Both the position numbers and the translations under genes were made by a program. A stretch of DNA of 64,000 nt from Obrimoposthia wandeli. Its lineage: Eukaryota. Within the stretch, counting starts at the first letter, position 1; each line of letters opens with the position of its first letter. Of the stretch, positions 19,601 to 27,981 are shown piece after piece. The notes beneath the pieces were generated by a model that did not search any database, had not been told where the DNA came from, and worked only from the letters and a program-made list of their open reading frames with translations. Where the stretch lies: NCBI GenBank assembly GCA_977020255.1, contig CDROCS010000506.1, forward strand, positions 3,658,001-3,722,000, written 5' to 3'.

Positions 19601-20324
19601 GAATGAAGGTTTATTAACACTGCAACAAGCACAAGTTACTGAGCTTGAACTGGCGACGATTATTGCGCAGTTAGATGCGATGACAGTCGAACTAAATCAA
19701 GCTTTACAACGTCAAGGTGAGTTGAAACAGCGCCTTGCTGATGATGCCGCCCGCAGTGCTGATTTAGCTGATTTCTATCAACAGATTAAAGATTGTGAAG
19801 CGGATTATGATGACAAAGCTTATCTGCAAAGTTTGATTGGTTCGAAAGACGGTAGCAAGTTCCGCCGCTTTGCGCAGGGCTTAACGCTGGATCATTTGGT
19901 CACCTTAGCCAATCAACAGTTAGACCGTTTACACAGCCGTTATCAGTTGCAACGTAAACTGGCCTCTGGCTCTGAAGCGCTGGCATTACAGGTCGTAGAT
20001 ACTTGGTTGGCCGATGCAGTACGTGATACCAAAACCTTATCAGGCGGTGAAAGTTTCTTGGTGAGCTTGGCATTAGCACTGGGCTTATCTGACTTGGTTA
20101 GCCACAAGACCAGCATTGATTCGTTATTTCTTGATGAAGGTTTCGGCACGCTCGATGCCGAGACATTAGACATCGCCTTGGATGCGCTAGATAACTTAAA
20201 TGCCTCAGGCAAGATGATTGGCGTCATTAGCCATGTTGAAGCATTAAAAGAACGTATTCCGGTGCAAGTTAAAGTGAACAAGGGTAGTGGTTTAGGGTTG
20301 AGCTCATTTGAAGTGGTGAGTTAG
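16653..20324 (+). CDS. sbcC: Exonuclease SbcCD subunit C (Rad50-like ATPase)
   Basis: Walker A GPTGAGKT, SQGEF, long Q-rich coiled coil, zinc hook CQLCG, LSGGE signature, FLDEGFG, ISH; start overlaps sbcD stop. Confidence 0.97.
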   Translation: MKIKRLSFKNINSLKGEWQLNFDQEPFLSNGLFAITGPTGAGKTTILDAICLALYHETPRLAISKSQNEVMTRNTAECAAEVEFEVQGKGYRASWSQRRAKNSAQGNLQEMKVELAEVVSGDILASQVKLKKQLVAEITGLDFSRFRKSMLLSQGEFAAFLNAPANDRAELLEELTGTEIYGQISQAVFESHNVAKAELDKLRAKADGVNLLNDEQRSEIAAEQTQVSEQVTALTQQQTVLQQQKQWRVELEQAEQGVSQSQSSLTTAEQDTTAQQPELDKLEKAEPAEALRLPFTHLNQANSKLAELDKQQQALQLVVASAQSAVTVNQDQSKVTQAQLDDVKQQSQAQETLINEQIMPLDNDCAQLTKELQQCQSLQQQQNSEQQTTQQQLAKLTQTAQQAQKTVNDCQAYQQQHSKDAELSTRLPLWQSQIQQCNQQQQHLAVLNQQVADNQALLKQSQTSQQQLSTSVMANSERQQSVNDAVNQAQQQVTDLLAGDDLAALENVFSQQSRAQSIVDQLSGLQQRYISESQEFEANRANISALEQQLVGVNVEIAAKRDLFKAKKQEFNDVQRLLEQEQKIASLEQLRSQLEVGQACQLCGSTDHPLIAEYQQIGESPTAQRKGQLELALKQIETEGGDLKSQLQVTNTKLDNLNNRNTTLQPQLDSLITQWQSYNQQLNANLVITDSASTQVFVQQQAQQLAQLSQRIQSLKAATVQLQQAQQALVEFDKHSAQLQHQIELVNRDLQAAQDTEQKLSSETQQQGQVLSELQQALANSVTELGLSLPQWSQLDNWLAQCHQATQTWVQQAQLLQTASEQFLTADSQLTPLREQQVKLDAVIAQSLTTLTNLSASLADKQQQRQQLFGQRSVADARQAMQQLLNSAEQAQQASTTQATALSNQLHAQQGELTTLQQGLAQQQQESVDCLGVWQQALAASPFSTDAEFNQALLPRDEKQRLLALKSQLTANLTRCQALFEKANEGLLTLQQAQVTELELATIIAQLDAMTVELNQALQRQGELKQRLADDAARSADLADFYQQIKDCEADYDDKAYLQSLIGSKDGSKFRRFAQGLTLDHLVTLANQQLDRLHSRYQLQRKLASGSEALALQVVDTWLADAVRDTKTLSGGESFLVSLALALGLSDLVSHKTSIDSLFLDEGFGTLDAETLDIALDALDNLNASGKMIGVISHVEALKERIPVQVKVNKGSGLGLSSFEVVS

Positions 20325-20386
20325 TTTTAGCGTGTATCTGTGAGTGATGAATTGAATGGCGATAGTCTGGTACTATCGCCATTTTT
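20247..20386 (+). repeat. Direct repeat copy 1: last 26 codons of sbcC plus terminator
   Basis: Aligns with 22931-23071. Confidence 0.92.
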
Positions 20387-20387
20387 T
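20355..20387 (+). terminator. sbcC intrinsic terminator
   Basis: AATGGCGATAG...CTATCGCCATT followed by TTTT. Confidence 0.8.
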
Positions 20388-20583
20388 CTGTTAATTTAGC
20401 TATATTTTTTTGTTGTATTTTAATTTAGAAAGTAATGCCTTAAATCCACGCAAAATTCATGTCAAATTGTTCCTAGTTTAATTTAAGTAACTTCAGCATT
20501 ATGCAAGAGTTATCAACTTTAAGGGATTTTATAGTGGTATGGATGCAATAGATAACGAATCTTATTTTAAGGCATAATAAAAA

Positions 20584-21192
20584 ATGAAAAAACAATTAGT
20601 ACCAATTTTATTAACTGGATTATTAGCAGCAACGGCACATGCTGAGGTTTATCTCGGTGGTAGTATTGGCCAAGCTCAATTTAAAAATATTGATTTTAGC
20701 GCTGATGCACCAGGCTATTCTGGTTCACAAAGCTATGACTTAGATGAAAGTAGTCTTGCTGGCAGTATTTTCGGTGGCTATAATTTTAATCGTTATATCG
20801 CAGTGGAAGCTACTTTAGGCGGTTTTGATGCCATTGATAAGGATAAATTTTCAATCGGCGATATGATGTATTTTGCAGTGCAACCTAAACTTTCTTTGCC
20901 TGTAACATCAAATTTTAACATTTTCGCAAAAGCTGGCCTAGCTTATGTCAATGCTGAAACAATTGTAAGTAATTCTGTCGTTGGGTTAGCCGGTAACACA
21001 ACTGTTAGTGATACTGTTATTACTGGGATGCTTGGTCTTGGGGCTGAATATGCAATTAATGATCGCGTTAGTTTGAGAGCATCATGGGACTATATGCGCC
21101 CTGAATTTGAATTAGCTAACGTTGCTGGTGCAAGTCTTACTGCTGAACCAGATATGTCTATTTTTTCAGTTGGTATGAGTTACAACTTCTAA
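20584..21192 (+). CDS. OmpA-like 8-stranded outer-membrane beta-barrel (porin family)
   Basis: Signal peptide ending AHA; FGGYNFN, FAKAG, GLGAEY; C-terminal SVGMSYNF. Confidence 0.85.
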   Translation: MKKQLVPILLTGLLAATAHAEVYLGGSIGQAQFKNIDFSADAPGYSGSQSYDLDESSLAGSIFGGYNFNRYIAVEATLGGFDAIDKDKFSIGDMMYFAVQPKLSLPVTSNFNIFAKAGLAYVNAETIVSNSVVGLAGNTTVSDTVITGMLGLGAEYAINDRVSLRASWDYMRPEFELANVAGASLTAEPDMSIFSVGMSYNF

Positions 21193-21205
21193 TCCTAGCT
21201 ATTTT

Positions 21206-21230
21206 AGAGCACTCTAGCATAGAGTGCTCT
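21206..21230 (+). other. Stable hairpin with no U-tract between the omp and sgrR-like genes
   Basis: AGAGCACTCT-agcat-AGAGTGCTCT. Confidence 0.6.
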
Positions 21231-21267
21231 GTGCTATTATGTATAGCAGTAATTAATCAGCTATGGT

Positions 21268-22926
21268 GTGTTTGTGAACGAATCAAATATACGAAGATTA
21301 AAATATCTTCTTAATAGATATGATCTTTATCAAACTTATTCTGTCGCGATTGATGAGCTGGAAGATATACTTTCATCTTCAAGACGGAATATATCGAATA
21401 TAATGAAAAACCTATCTGAGCTTGATTGGATTGAATGGATACCAGCAGTAGGACGAAGTAATACCAATAAGTTGCTGATAAAGTGCAGCTTACAGCAAGC
21501 CATTTCACAATCAATCCGTAATGAACTTTCCCAAGGACGTTTTACACTAATTACCAAGCTACTCAAGACTTACGGGCTTGTAACCGTTAAAGCGTTAGCC
21601 GAAGCAACAGAGCTGCAAAACCAATTGAATGAATTGAACAATCAATTACTTATCGCAGAATACCCTTGGATTGATGAACTTGATCCTGTAAAAACTTTTC
21701 GTTCGGCTGAATTACAAATTATAAAAAGCATCTATGACACTCTAATCAAACAGGATCATGAGGGTAACCTAGAAGCTAATATTGCCCACACTTGGGAAGC
21801 AGTGGATAACGAATTCACTTTTTGGATTAGGTCTGATATCAGTCGCCATGATGGTTTAATACTTTCAATTGAAGATGTCATTAACAGTCTTAAAAGCTTA
21901 TGTAATAGCAAGGGGCCTTTTGAATATATGTTTCAGCAGGTCGTAAGCATTACGAAGCTGTCTTCACAAAGTTTTAAAATTATTCTCAAGTCAGTTAATC
22001 CATTGTTTCTTTATGTATTATCTATGCCTAATGCATCCATCGTAATTAGAGATAAAATGAAGTCTGAAATGGAACGTCATGCCTATATCGGAACAGGACC
22101 ATTTCGAGTTCAATTTTGGAGTTCTGAAGTATTAACTTTACAACGCCATCAAAGCTATTTTTCTCAGAAGGCTTTATTACAACGGATCACGTTATCAACC
22201 CAAGGGCAAGACGTTGTTGATCAAATGAGTTTTAATCAACATGATGGTGTTATAGAAACACATTTTATTAATGCTTTTTCTTATCTTTCCCTACGCTATC
22301 GTGATAATGCTGGAGTTAGCAAAAATACACTAGAACAGTTAGCATATTATATTAATAGAGAGAAGAGTTACGTTGAATCAATGGTGGCTGTTAATGGAGT
22401 TAGTTTCCAGCATGCGGATAAGCTACCGTGTGAGGTCCCTATCTTGAACGGTGAAATAGTGCTGGCGGAACCGGTATGGACAATACCTTACTTAAAGGAT
22501 GTTTCGGAGTGGCTACATCAAACTATCCGTTCTACAGGGTTAGATTTGAAGCTAGTCACATTACAAAATATTAGCGATCCCAGTTCGGTCAGTCATTTAG
22601 CGGATGTTCTTTTTATAGAAAATTTAATTGAGGAACCTGTTGAATATGGAATATATGAGTGGCTTTTGACTGCTTCTGGCCTGTGTTTTGCGTTCACACC
22701 TGCAGATTTTGAACTGCATCTTATAGAAATTGAAAGGGCTGTATCTTTAACTTCGTCGTTACAAGCTCTGCTTAAAGTTGAAAGAAATTTATATGATGAT
22801 TTTTACTGTATTCCTTTATTTTGGGGGAAGGAAGAAATTACACGAACCCAGCAAGTTCAAGGAATACAAGTGCGTAAAACAGGTTATAGTGATTTTGATA
22901 AACTGTGGATATCGAAACCAGGCTGA
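21268..22926 (+). CDS. SgrR-family transcriptional regulator (N-terminal HTH plus family-5 solute-binding domain)
   Basis: SSSRRN..WIEWIPAVGRSN SgrR-type N-terminus; DPV..R.AELQI...YDTL; GTGPFRV SBP_bac_5 motif. Confidence 0.8.
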   Translation: MFVNESNIRRLKYLLNRYDLYQTYSVAIDELEDILSSSRRNISNIMKNLSELDWIEWIPAVGRSNTNKLLIKCSLQQAISQSIRNELSQGRFTLITKLLKTYGLVTVKALAEATELQNQLNELNNQLLIAEYPWIDELDPVKTFRSAELQIIKSIYDTLIKQDHEGNLEANIAHTWEAVDNEFTFWIRSDISRHDGLILSIEDVINSLKSLCNSKGPFEYMFQQVVSITKLSSQSFKIILKSVNPLFLYVLSMPNASIVIRDKMKSEMERHAYIGTGPFRVQFWSSEVLTLQRHQSYFSQKALLQRITLSTQGQDVVDQMSFNQHDGVIETHFINAFSYLSLRYRDNAGVSKNTLEQLAYYINREKSYVESMVAVNGVSFQHADKLPCEVPILNGEIVLAEPVWTIPYLKDVSEWLHQTIRSTGLDLKLVTLQNISDPSSVSHLADVLFIENLIEEPVEYGIYEWLLTASGLCFAFTPADFELHLIEIERAVSLTSSLQALLKVERNLYDDFYCIPLFWGKEEITRTQQVQGIQVRKTGYSDFDKLWISKPG

Positions 22927-22930
22927 AGCG

Positions 22931-23071
22931 AAAGAACGTATTCCAGTGCAAGTTAAAGTGAACAAAGGTAGTGGTTTAGGGCTAAGTTCATTTGAAGTTG
23001 TGAGCTAGTTTTAGCGTGTATCTGTGAGTGATGAATTGAATGGCGATAGGCTTGGTACTATCGCCATTTTT
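22931..23071 (+). repeat. Direct repeat copy 2: orphan sbcC 3' end (KERIPVQVKVNKGSGLGLSSFEVVS*) plus terminator
   Basis: Same peptide as the sbcC C-terminus with 7 synonymous nucleotide differences; the following ~41 nt are identical. Confidence 0.92.
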
Positions 23072-23162
23072 GTATTTGGACTGAAATTGTTTATTTAACA
23101 TATTGTTATTGTAAGTCGAGATTGATATTTTATGGGTGTATTGCTTTGATCTAGAGGAAAAA

Positions 23163-23543
23163 ATGGATATTTTGATCGAACAAGAAATTGCGTTACACCA
23201 GTATGAAACTAGGCAAAGCAAGGCTGATATTGCTCGGCTAATGCATGATGATTTTAGAGAAGTTGGAGAATCAGGAGTTAGTTACGATCTCCAATCGATC
23301 ATTGAAATGATGGGTAATGAGCAACCATCGAATGGCGTTATTCACTCTCAAAATTATGAATGTATTCCGCTTGAAGCATCAGTTCAATTACTGTTATATA
23401 AATCAGCGACAGTTGATGAGTTAGGTAAAAAAAGCCACTTTGCTAAGCGTTCATCTATCTGGGTATTAAATGGAACACAATGGCAATTGAAGTATCATCA
23501 AGGTACTGCTTGTGAGCCGTTTGAATTGATAACTCAACAATGA
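23163..23543 (+). CDS. DUF4440 / NTF2-like small protein
   Basis: LMHDDFREVGESG...RSSIW...WQLKYHQGT; GAGG SD before ATG 23163. Confidence 0.8.
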   Translation: MDILIEQEIALHQYETRQSKADIARLMHDDFREVGESGVSYDLQSIIEMMGNEQPSNGVIHSQNYECIPLEASVQLLLYKSATVDELGKKSHFAKRSSIWVLNGTQWQLKYHQGTACEPFELITQQ

Positions 23544-23602
23544 ACAAATTTGCATAATATACGATTTAACTTAATGCAGTGCAGTGCAAATCAGAGGCTC
23601 TC

Positions 23603-24106
23603 ATGGAAGAACAATCTCAAAAGTATCTCGATACATACCTTAATTCTTTAAGTGATATTGAGCGTCAACAGTATCAATCATTCAGTAGCGACTACTTTTG
23701 TGGCGACGAGCACAACGCTAATTTATGTGCAGAGCTAATCCGTATAGGACAAAAGACGGCTACTTGTAGTTTGAGCCATTGGTATGATTCGGGTGAAGAA
23801 CCTATGCCGACTGTCGGGCATCTACAAGTTGTTGTTGATTGGCACGGTAAACCGATATGTATTATCGAAATAGATTCCGTTGAACGCTGTCAGTACAACG
23901 AGGTTACGGCTGAGTTTGCTCATGCTGAAGGCGAGGGTGATCGCTCACTGGCATGGTGGCGTAAAGCGCATTGGAACTTCTTCGCAAAAGAATGTACTGA
24001 ATTGGCCATAGAACCTAATAATGAGATGATGCTGGTATTAGAGCGCTTTCATGTTGTCTATGATCTAGATAATGCCACTCAACAAGCTATACGGACAATT
24101 ATATAA
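23603..24106 (+). CDS. ASCH domain protein
   Basis: GQKTATCS, AEGEGDRSLAWWRKAH; GAGG SD before ATG 23603. Confidence 0.85.
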   Translation: MEEQSQKYLDTYLNSLSDIERQQYQSFSSDYFCGDEHNANLCAELIRIGQKTATCSLSHWYDSGEEPMPTVGHLQVVVDWHGKPICIIEIDSVERCQYNEVTAEFAHAEGEGDRSLAWWRKAHWNFFAKECTELAIEPNNEMMLVLERFHVVYDLDNATQQAIRTII

Positions 24107-24114
24107 TATAAATA

Positions 24115-24142
24115 ACATCATATAAATTACATCATATAAATT
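24115..24142 (+). repeat. Tandem 14-bp repeat (2 copies)
   Basis: ACATCATATAAATT x2 in an intergenic spacer. Confidence 0.8.
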
Positions 24143-24166
24143 ACAGTTAACACGGAGGTTTATCTC

Positions 24167-24730
24167 ATGGGAAAGCAATTTTCTGAACTATCAAATAAGC
24201 ATATTGAGTTTATTGAACAACAGCAGATCTATTTTGTAGGCACGGCTGCTGATACAGGTAACGTTAATTTATCCCCTAAAGGTGGAGACTCACTACGTGT
24301 TATTAGCCCAACAAAGATCGCATGGCTTAACTTAACGGGCAGTGGTAATGAGTCGGCTTCCCATGTAATTATAAATCCAAGAATGACCTTGATGTTCTGT
24401 GCCTTTGAAGGCTCACCATTAATACTCCGCACTTATGGTGAAGCTAAAGTGCTGCATAACAAAGATGCTGATTGGGAAACTTATTCTCCTTTATTTCCTG
24501 AGAGTGTTGCCGCTCGTCAGATTTTTGTTTTGGATATTAACTTGGTTCAATCTTCGTGTGGTATGTCAGTACCTTACTTTAAATATGATGAAGACCGAGA
24601 CGATTTAGCAAAATGGTCTGAGCGACAAGGGCAAGAAAACATCGAAAATTATTGGTTTAAAAAGAACCAAAAAAGTATCGATGGATTTGAGAGTGAAATC
24701 GTAGAACGAACAGGTATCGATAACCGTTAA
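24167..24730 (+). CDS. Pyridoxamine 5'-phosphate oxidase family FMN-binding protein
   Basis: FFV/YFVGTA, NLSPKG, TGSGNE, SSCGMSVP. Confidence 0.85.
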   Translation: MGKQFSELSNKHIEFIEQQQIYFVGTAADTGNVNLSPKGGDSLRVISPTKIAWLNLTGSGNESASHVIINPRMTLMFCAFEGSPLILRTYGEAKVLHNKDADWETYSPLFPESVAARQIFVLDINLVQSSCGMSVPYFKYDEDRDDLAKWSERQGQENIENYWFKKNQKSIDGFESEIVERTGIDNR

Positions 24731-24966
24731 AGCTTAAACTCTGACATTCTGCAGGAACGAGATGGTGTGCTTGTCTTATTGATGCGAAGAGCTGTGCTAT
24801 ATCAGCACATCTGACTTCTCAATATTCCAGTTGTATTTAGTTATACTTTATTGGTATGTTTGATTGAAGTGCGTAACGATGACTGGTTGATAAACAGGGC
24901 TTTTTACGGGCTTAGTAATCTATAATCATGAGCGAATTTGCTTGAGCATTTATATGGAGGTACTCA

Positions 24967-25215
24967 ATGTTAACATTTCATTTTTATGTAAAAGAAGGCA
25001 CTGTCGTACACTTGGACATAAACAACCCGATATTTTTAATTGAAAAAGAACAGCTTGTTGCACAAGGTTTTGAGCGTGTCGGAGATGTTGTTCGAGCGAA
25101 TAATTCAGAGGAGGCATTCGAAAAGTTTAAACATATCCATTTAGATGAGCTTGGTCAGTTTGCTGGCGCTCATATCGTAACAGCCCTTATCGGTTCTTTG
25201 ACGAATTTTAGATGA
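24967..25215 (+). CDS. Hypothetical protein (82 aa)
   Basis: GGAGG SD; stop overlaps the ogt start (ATGA). Confidence 0.6.
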   Translation: MLTFHFYVKEGTVVHLDINNPIFLIEKEQLVAQGFERVGDVVRANNSEEAFEKFKHIHLDELGQFAGAHIVTALIGSLTNFR

Positions 25216-25727
25216 TGAATCAAATTAATATTCAATACTTCAAACACCCTTACGCCGAATTTGTACTTGGTTCATATGACGGTAAACTTTGTCTGTGTGA
25301 TTTTCGCTACCGAAAAATGAGAGAGTCTGTTGATAACCGTATTCAGCGTGGCCTTAATGCGAGATTTGTCGAACAAAATGATGCTGTTTTAACGGATACT
25401 AAAACACAGCTTGAAGAGTATTTCTTAGGTGAACGTAGTGTATTTGATATGCCACTATTATTGGTGGGCACAGACTTTCAAAAGGCTGTGTGGGATAAGT
25501 TAGCCAAGGTGAAATATGGTGAAACTGCGACCTATTTGGATTTAGCTGTGGCTATTGATAACAAAAGTGCAGTGAGAGCAGTAGGCAGTGCCAATGGTGA
25601 AAATGGATTAGCTATTATCATTCCTTGTCATCGTATTATTGGCAGCAAGGGTGAACTCGTTGGTTATGGTGGTGGTTTGTCGTTAAAGAAACGCCTGTTA
25701 GAACTAGAGCAAAACCTATTTATTTGA
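25212..25727 (+). CDS. ogt: Methylated-DNA--protein-cysteine methyltransferase
   Basis: GTDFQKAVW, RAVGSAN, active site PCHR, YGGG. Confidence 0.9.
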   Translation: MMNQINIQYFKHPYAEFVLGSYDGKLCLCDFRYRKMRESVDNRIQRGLNARFVEQNDAVLTDTKTQLEEYFLGERSVFDMPLLLVGTDFQKAVWDKLAKVKYGETATYLDLAVAIDNKSAVRAVGSANGENGLAIIIPCHRIIGSKGELVGYGGGLSLKKRLLELEQNLFI

Positions 25728-25745
25728 TATAGCGATGAGTACATA

Positions 25746-25964
25746 ATGAAACAGCAATTAAGAAACAAAATAATCGATGTGTGTAATAAGAAAATAGCCA
25801 GTAAAGGCGATACTGTCGGCCTTTCATTTTATGCTTTTTTCGCCAATAAAAATGATGATCCTGAGTTGCTAATGGAAGCGGCTACATGGTGGATCCAAAC
25901 TCATGAGTTAGACCACTTTGTTAAAGCCGTTGTTATTAAAAAGATGATCGAAGACGGGCTATAA
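25746..25964 (+). CDS. Conserved small protein (DUF6500-like)
   Basis: VGLSFYAFFANKNDDPELLMEAATWWI motif. Confidence 0.6.
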   Translation: MKQQLRNKIIDVCNKKIASKGDTVGLSFYAFFANKNDDPELLMEAATWWIQTHELDHFVKAVVIKKMIEDGL

Positions 25965-25998
25965 AGACCAAACTGAACCGTATAAACAAGGGCGTAAT

Positions 25999-26475
25999 AT
26001 GTCTGGAACGAGTAAGAACTTACTTAAGAAGAGAGTCCCGCCGCCACTTGTAGCGGGGCTATTTGGTTTTGCGATGTGGGTTCTCTCATTCGTCGTGCCT
26101 AGCATCGAAATAAATGCTGTTGTGCGTTTGCCGTTATCAGCATTGGTTATTGTGGCGGGTATATTTTTTTGTCTTGCTGGTGTGATCTCTTTTCGCAGGG
26201 CTAAAACAACGGTTAATCCTTTAAAACCAGAAACCACAACAGCATTGGTAAACACCGGCGTTTACGCAATATCACGTAACCCTATGTATGTTGGTTTCGC
26301 GCTATTTTTAGTCGCTTGGGCGGTTTATCTATCCTCTCCTTTACTCGTCATCGGCGTTGTTGGTTTTGTCGTTTACATGAATCAATTCCAGATTGAGCCG
26401 GAAGAATTGGCGCTGAAAGATATATTCGGGACAGAATTTACTCGTTATCAGGAAAACGTACGCCGTTGGTTGTGA
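25999..26475 (+). CDS. Isoprenylcysteine carboxyl methyltransferase family membrane protein
   Basis: TTVNP, GVYAISRNPMYVG, PEE, FG.EF..Y...VRRWL. Confidence 0.85.
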   Translation: MSGTSKNLLKKRVPPPLVAGLFGFAMWVLSFVVPSIEINAVVRLPLSALVIVAGIFFCLAGVISFRRAKTTVNPLKPETTTALVNTGVYAISRNPMYVGFALFLVAWAVYLSSPLLVIGVVGFVVYMNQFQIEPEELALKDIFGTEFTRYQENVRRWL

Positions 26476-26586
26476 GTTATTGGCATTAACCATTACAATC
26501 AGCTTTTACAATTCGACAAGCTTTCTACTGGCCTGCTGTGTTTATCAAACATCAGGGCAAACTCAATTCCGTATAGGAGAATACAA

Positions 26587-26955
26587 ATGATTGGATATGT
26601 AATATTAGGATCACAAAATATCGACGTTTCGCGTTATTTTTACGGTTCGTTAATGAAGATGATGGATGCGGAAAAAGTAGCTGATTCGAAAACATTTTTA
26701 GCTTGGAGTTTTGGTGAAGGTAAACCTATGCTCGCAATCGGTAATCCCTTCGATGGTGAAGATGCAAGTTATGGTAATGGTACTATGGTTGCGCTTAGTG
26801 TGTCTTCGACAGAAGAAGTCGATAAGCTGCATAAAAAAGCATTAACTTTGGGTGGACAAAATGAAGGTGATCCTGGTCTGCGTTCTGGTGGCTACTATTG
26901 TGCTTATTTTAGAGACCTGGATGGCAACAAGTTGAATTTCCATTGCAAGCCTTAG
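26587..26955 (+). CDS. VOC/glyoxalase family protein
   Basis: GNGTMVAL, EGDPGLR, AYFRDLDGNKL. Confidence 0.85.
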   Translation: MIGYVILGSQNIDVSRYFYGSLMKMMDAEKVADSKTFLAWSFGEGKPMLAIGNPFDGEDASYGNGTMVALSVSSTEEVDKLHKKALTLGGQNEGDPGLRSGGYYCAYFRDLDGNKLNFHCKP

Positions 26956-26998
26956 GTTTGTAAGCATAAATTTAAAAATACGATTTTAAGGATAAGCA

Positions 26999-27388
26999 AT
27001 GTATCAGGATGTCGCCCAAATTATCTTTATTAGAGGTTCTCAGGTACTGCTTGCTTATCGTCAAAATACTGAATTTCTCGACCAGCAGTGGAGCTTACCT
27101 GGTGGTCGAATAGAAATCGGTGAAACGCCAAAGGTGAGTGCGCTGCGCGAGTCATTCGAAGAAGTGGGCGTTGAACCTATTAGCCTCAACTTCTTAATTC
27201 AATTTCCAGATCCTAATGTCGCTTGTCAGCATCACGTTTATGTATGTGATGATTGGCAAGGTGAGCTTATTAATGCAGAACCGCACTTGTGCCGTGAAGT
27301 GAGTTGGTTCGATATTGAAACCATGCCTAGCATTTGTGCACCGACCATACCGCCGATAATCGCTGCACTAAAACGGTATTTAGCGTGA
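26999..27388 (+). CDS. NUDIX hydrolase
   Basis: Nudix box GGRIEIGETPKVSALRESFEEVG. Confidence 0.9.
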   Translation: MYQDVAQIIFIRGSQVLLAYRQNTEFLDQQWSLPGGRIEIGETPKVSALRESFEEVGVEPISLNFLIQFPDPNVACQHHVYVCDDWQGELINAEPHLCREVSWFDIETMPSICAPTIPPIIAALKRYLA

Positions 27389-27981
27389 ATATCGCATTCT
27401 TTGATTTCGATGGCACGATCACCAATGAAGATTGTTTCACCGCATTTATCTTTTACGCTACACCGAAATCGCGCTTGATTGTGGGCATGATCTTGCTTTC
27501 ACCTGTGATCTTATTACACAAGTTAGGGCAATATCCAGCAGCGAAAATAAGACCGTTATTAGCTAAGTGCGCGTTTTGGAATCGCAGGGAAGCACTGGTA
27601 TTTAATCTTGGCGAGCAGTTTGTAAGTGAATATTTACCATCAGTATTGAGAACGAATGCAATGGCGCGTATTGAATGGCACAAAGCACGAGGCGATAAAG
27701 TCGTGGTGGTGTCTGCGTCACTTAATCCTTATCTTTCCTATTGGTGTAAAACACATGGATTAGATTTGATATGCAGTGAACTGGAATCAAAGCAGGCTGT
27801 GTTGACCGGTAATTATATGCAAGGGGATTGTGGTGGTGAAAATAAAGTCAGACGAATCAATCAACAATTCGATTTAACTGACTTTGATATCGTTCACGCG
27901 TATGGCGACACCGACGAAGATTTACCCATGTTAGCGCTTGCTGACATAAAGTTTTATCAATGGTGTGAAATACTTGGTTGA
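27385..27981 (+). CDS. HAD-IB family phosphatase
   Basis: FFDFDGT, VVSAS, AYGDTDED; GTG start overlaps the NUDIX stop. Confidence 0.85.
   Translation: MNIAFFDFDGTITNEDCFTAFIFYATPKSRLIVGMILLSPVILLHKLGQYPAAKIRPLLAKCAFWNRREALVFNLGEQFVSEYLPSVLRTNAMARIEWHKARGDKVVVVSASLNPYLSYWCKTHGLDLICSELESKQAVLTGNYMQGDCGGENKVRRINQQFDLTDFDIVHAYGDTDEDLPMLALADIKFYQWCEILG

Noticed and set aside
16653-20324. Highly repetitive CAG/CAA-rich DNA suggesting a repeat array
   Set aside because: It is explained by the Gln-rich coiled coil of SbcC.
20387-22930. Prophage, ICE or transposon between the direct repeats
   Set aside because: No integrase, transposase, terminal inverted repeats or phage genes are present. It is reported as a recombination scar instead.
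22778-23008. 76-aa ORF ending in the SbcC C-terminal peptide
   Set aside because: It overlaps the sgrR-like gene out of frame and has no SD. It is a by-product of the duplicated sbcC end, not a gene.
23072-27981. Active integron cassette array
   Set aside because: There is no intI and no recognisable attC repeats between the genes.
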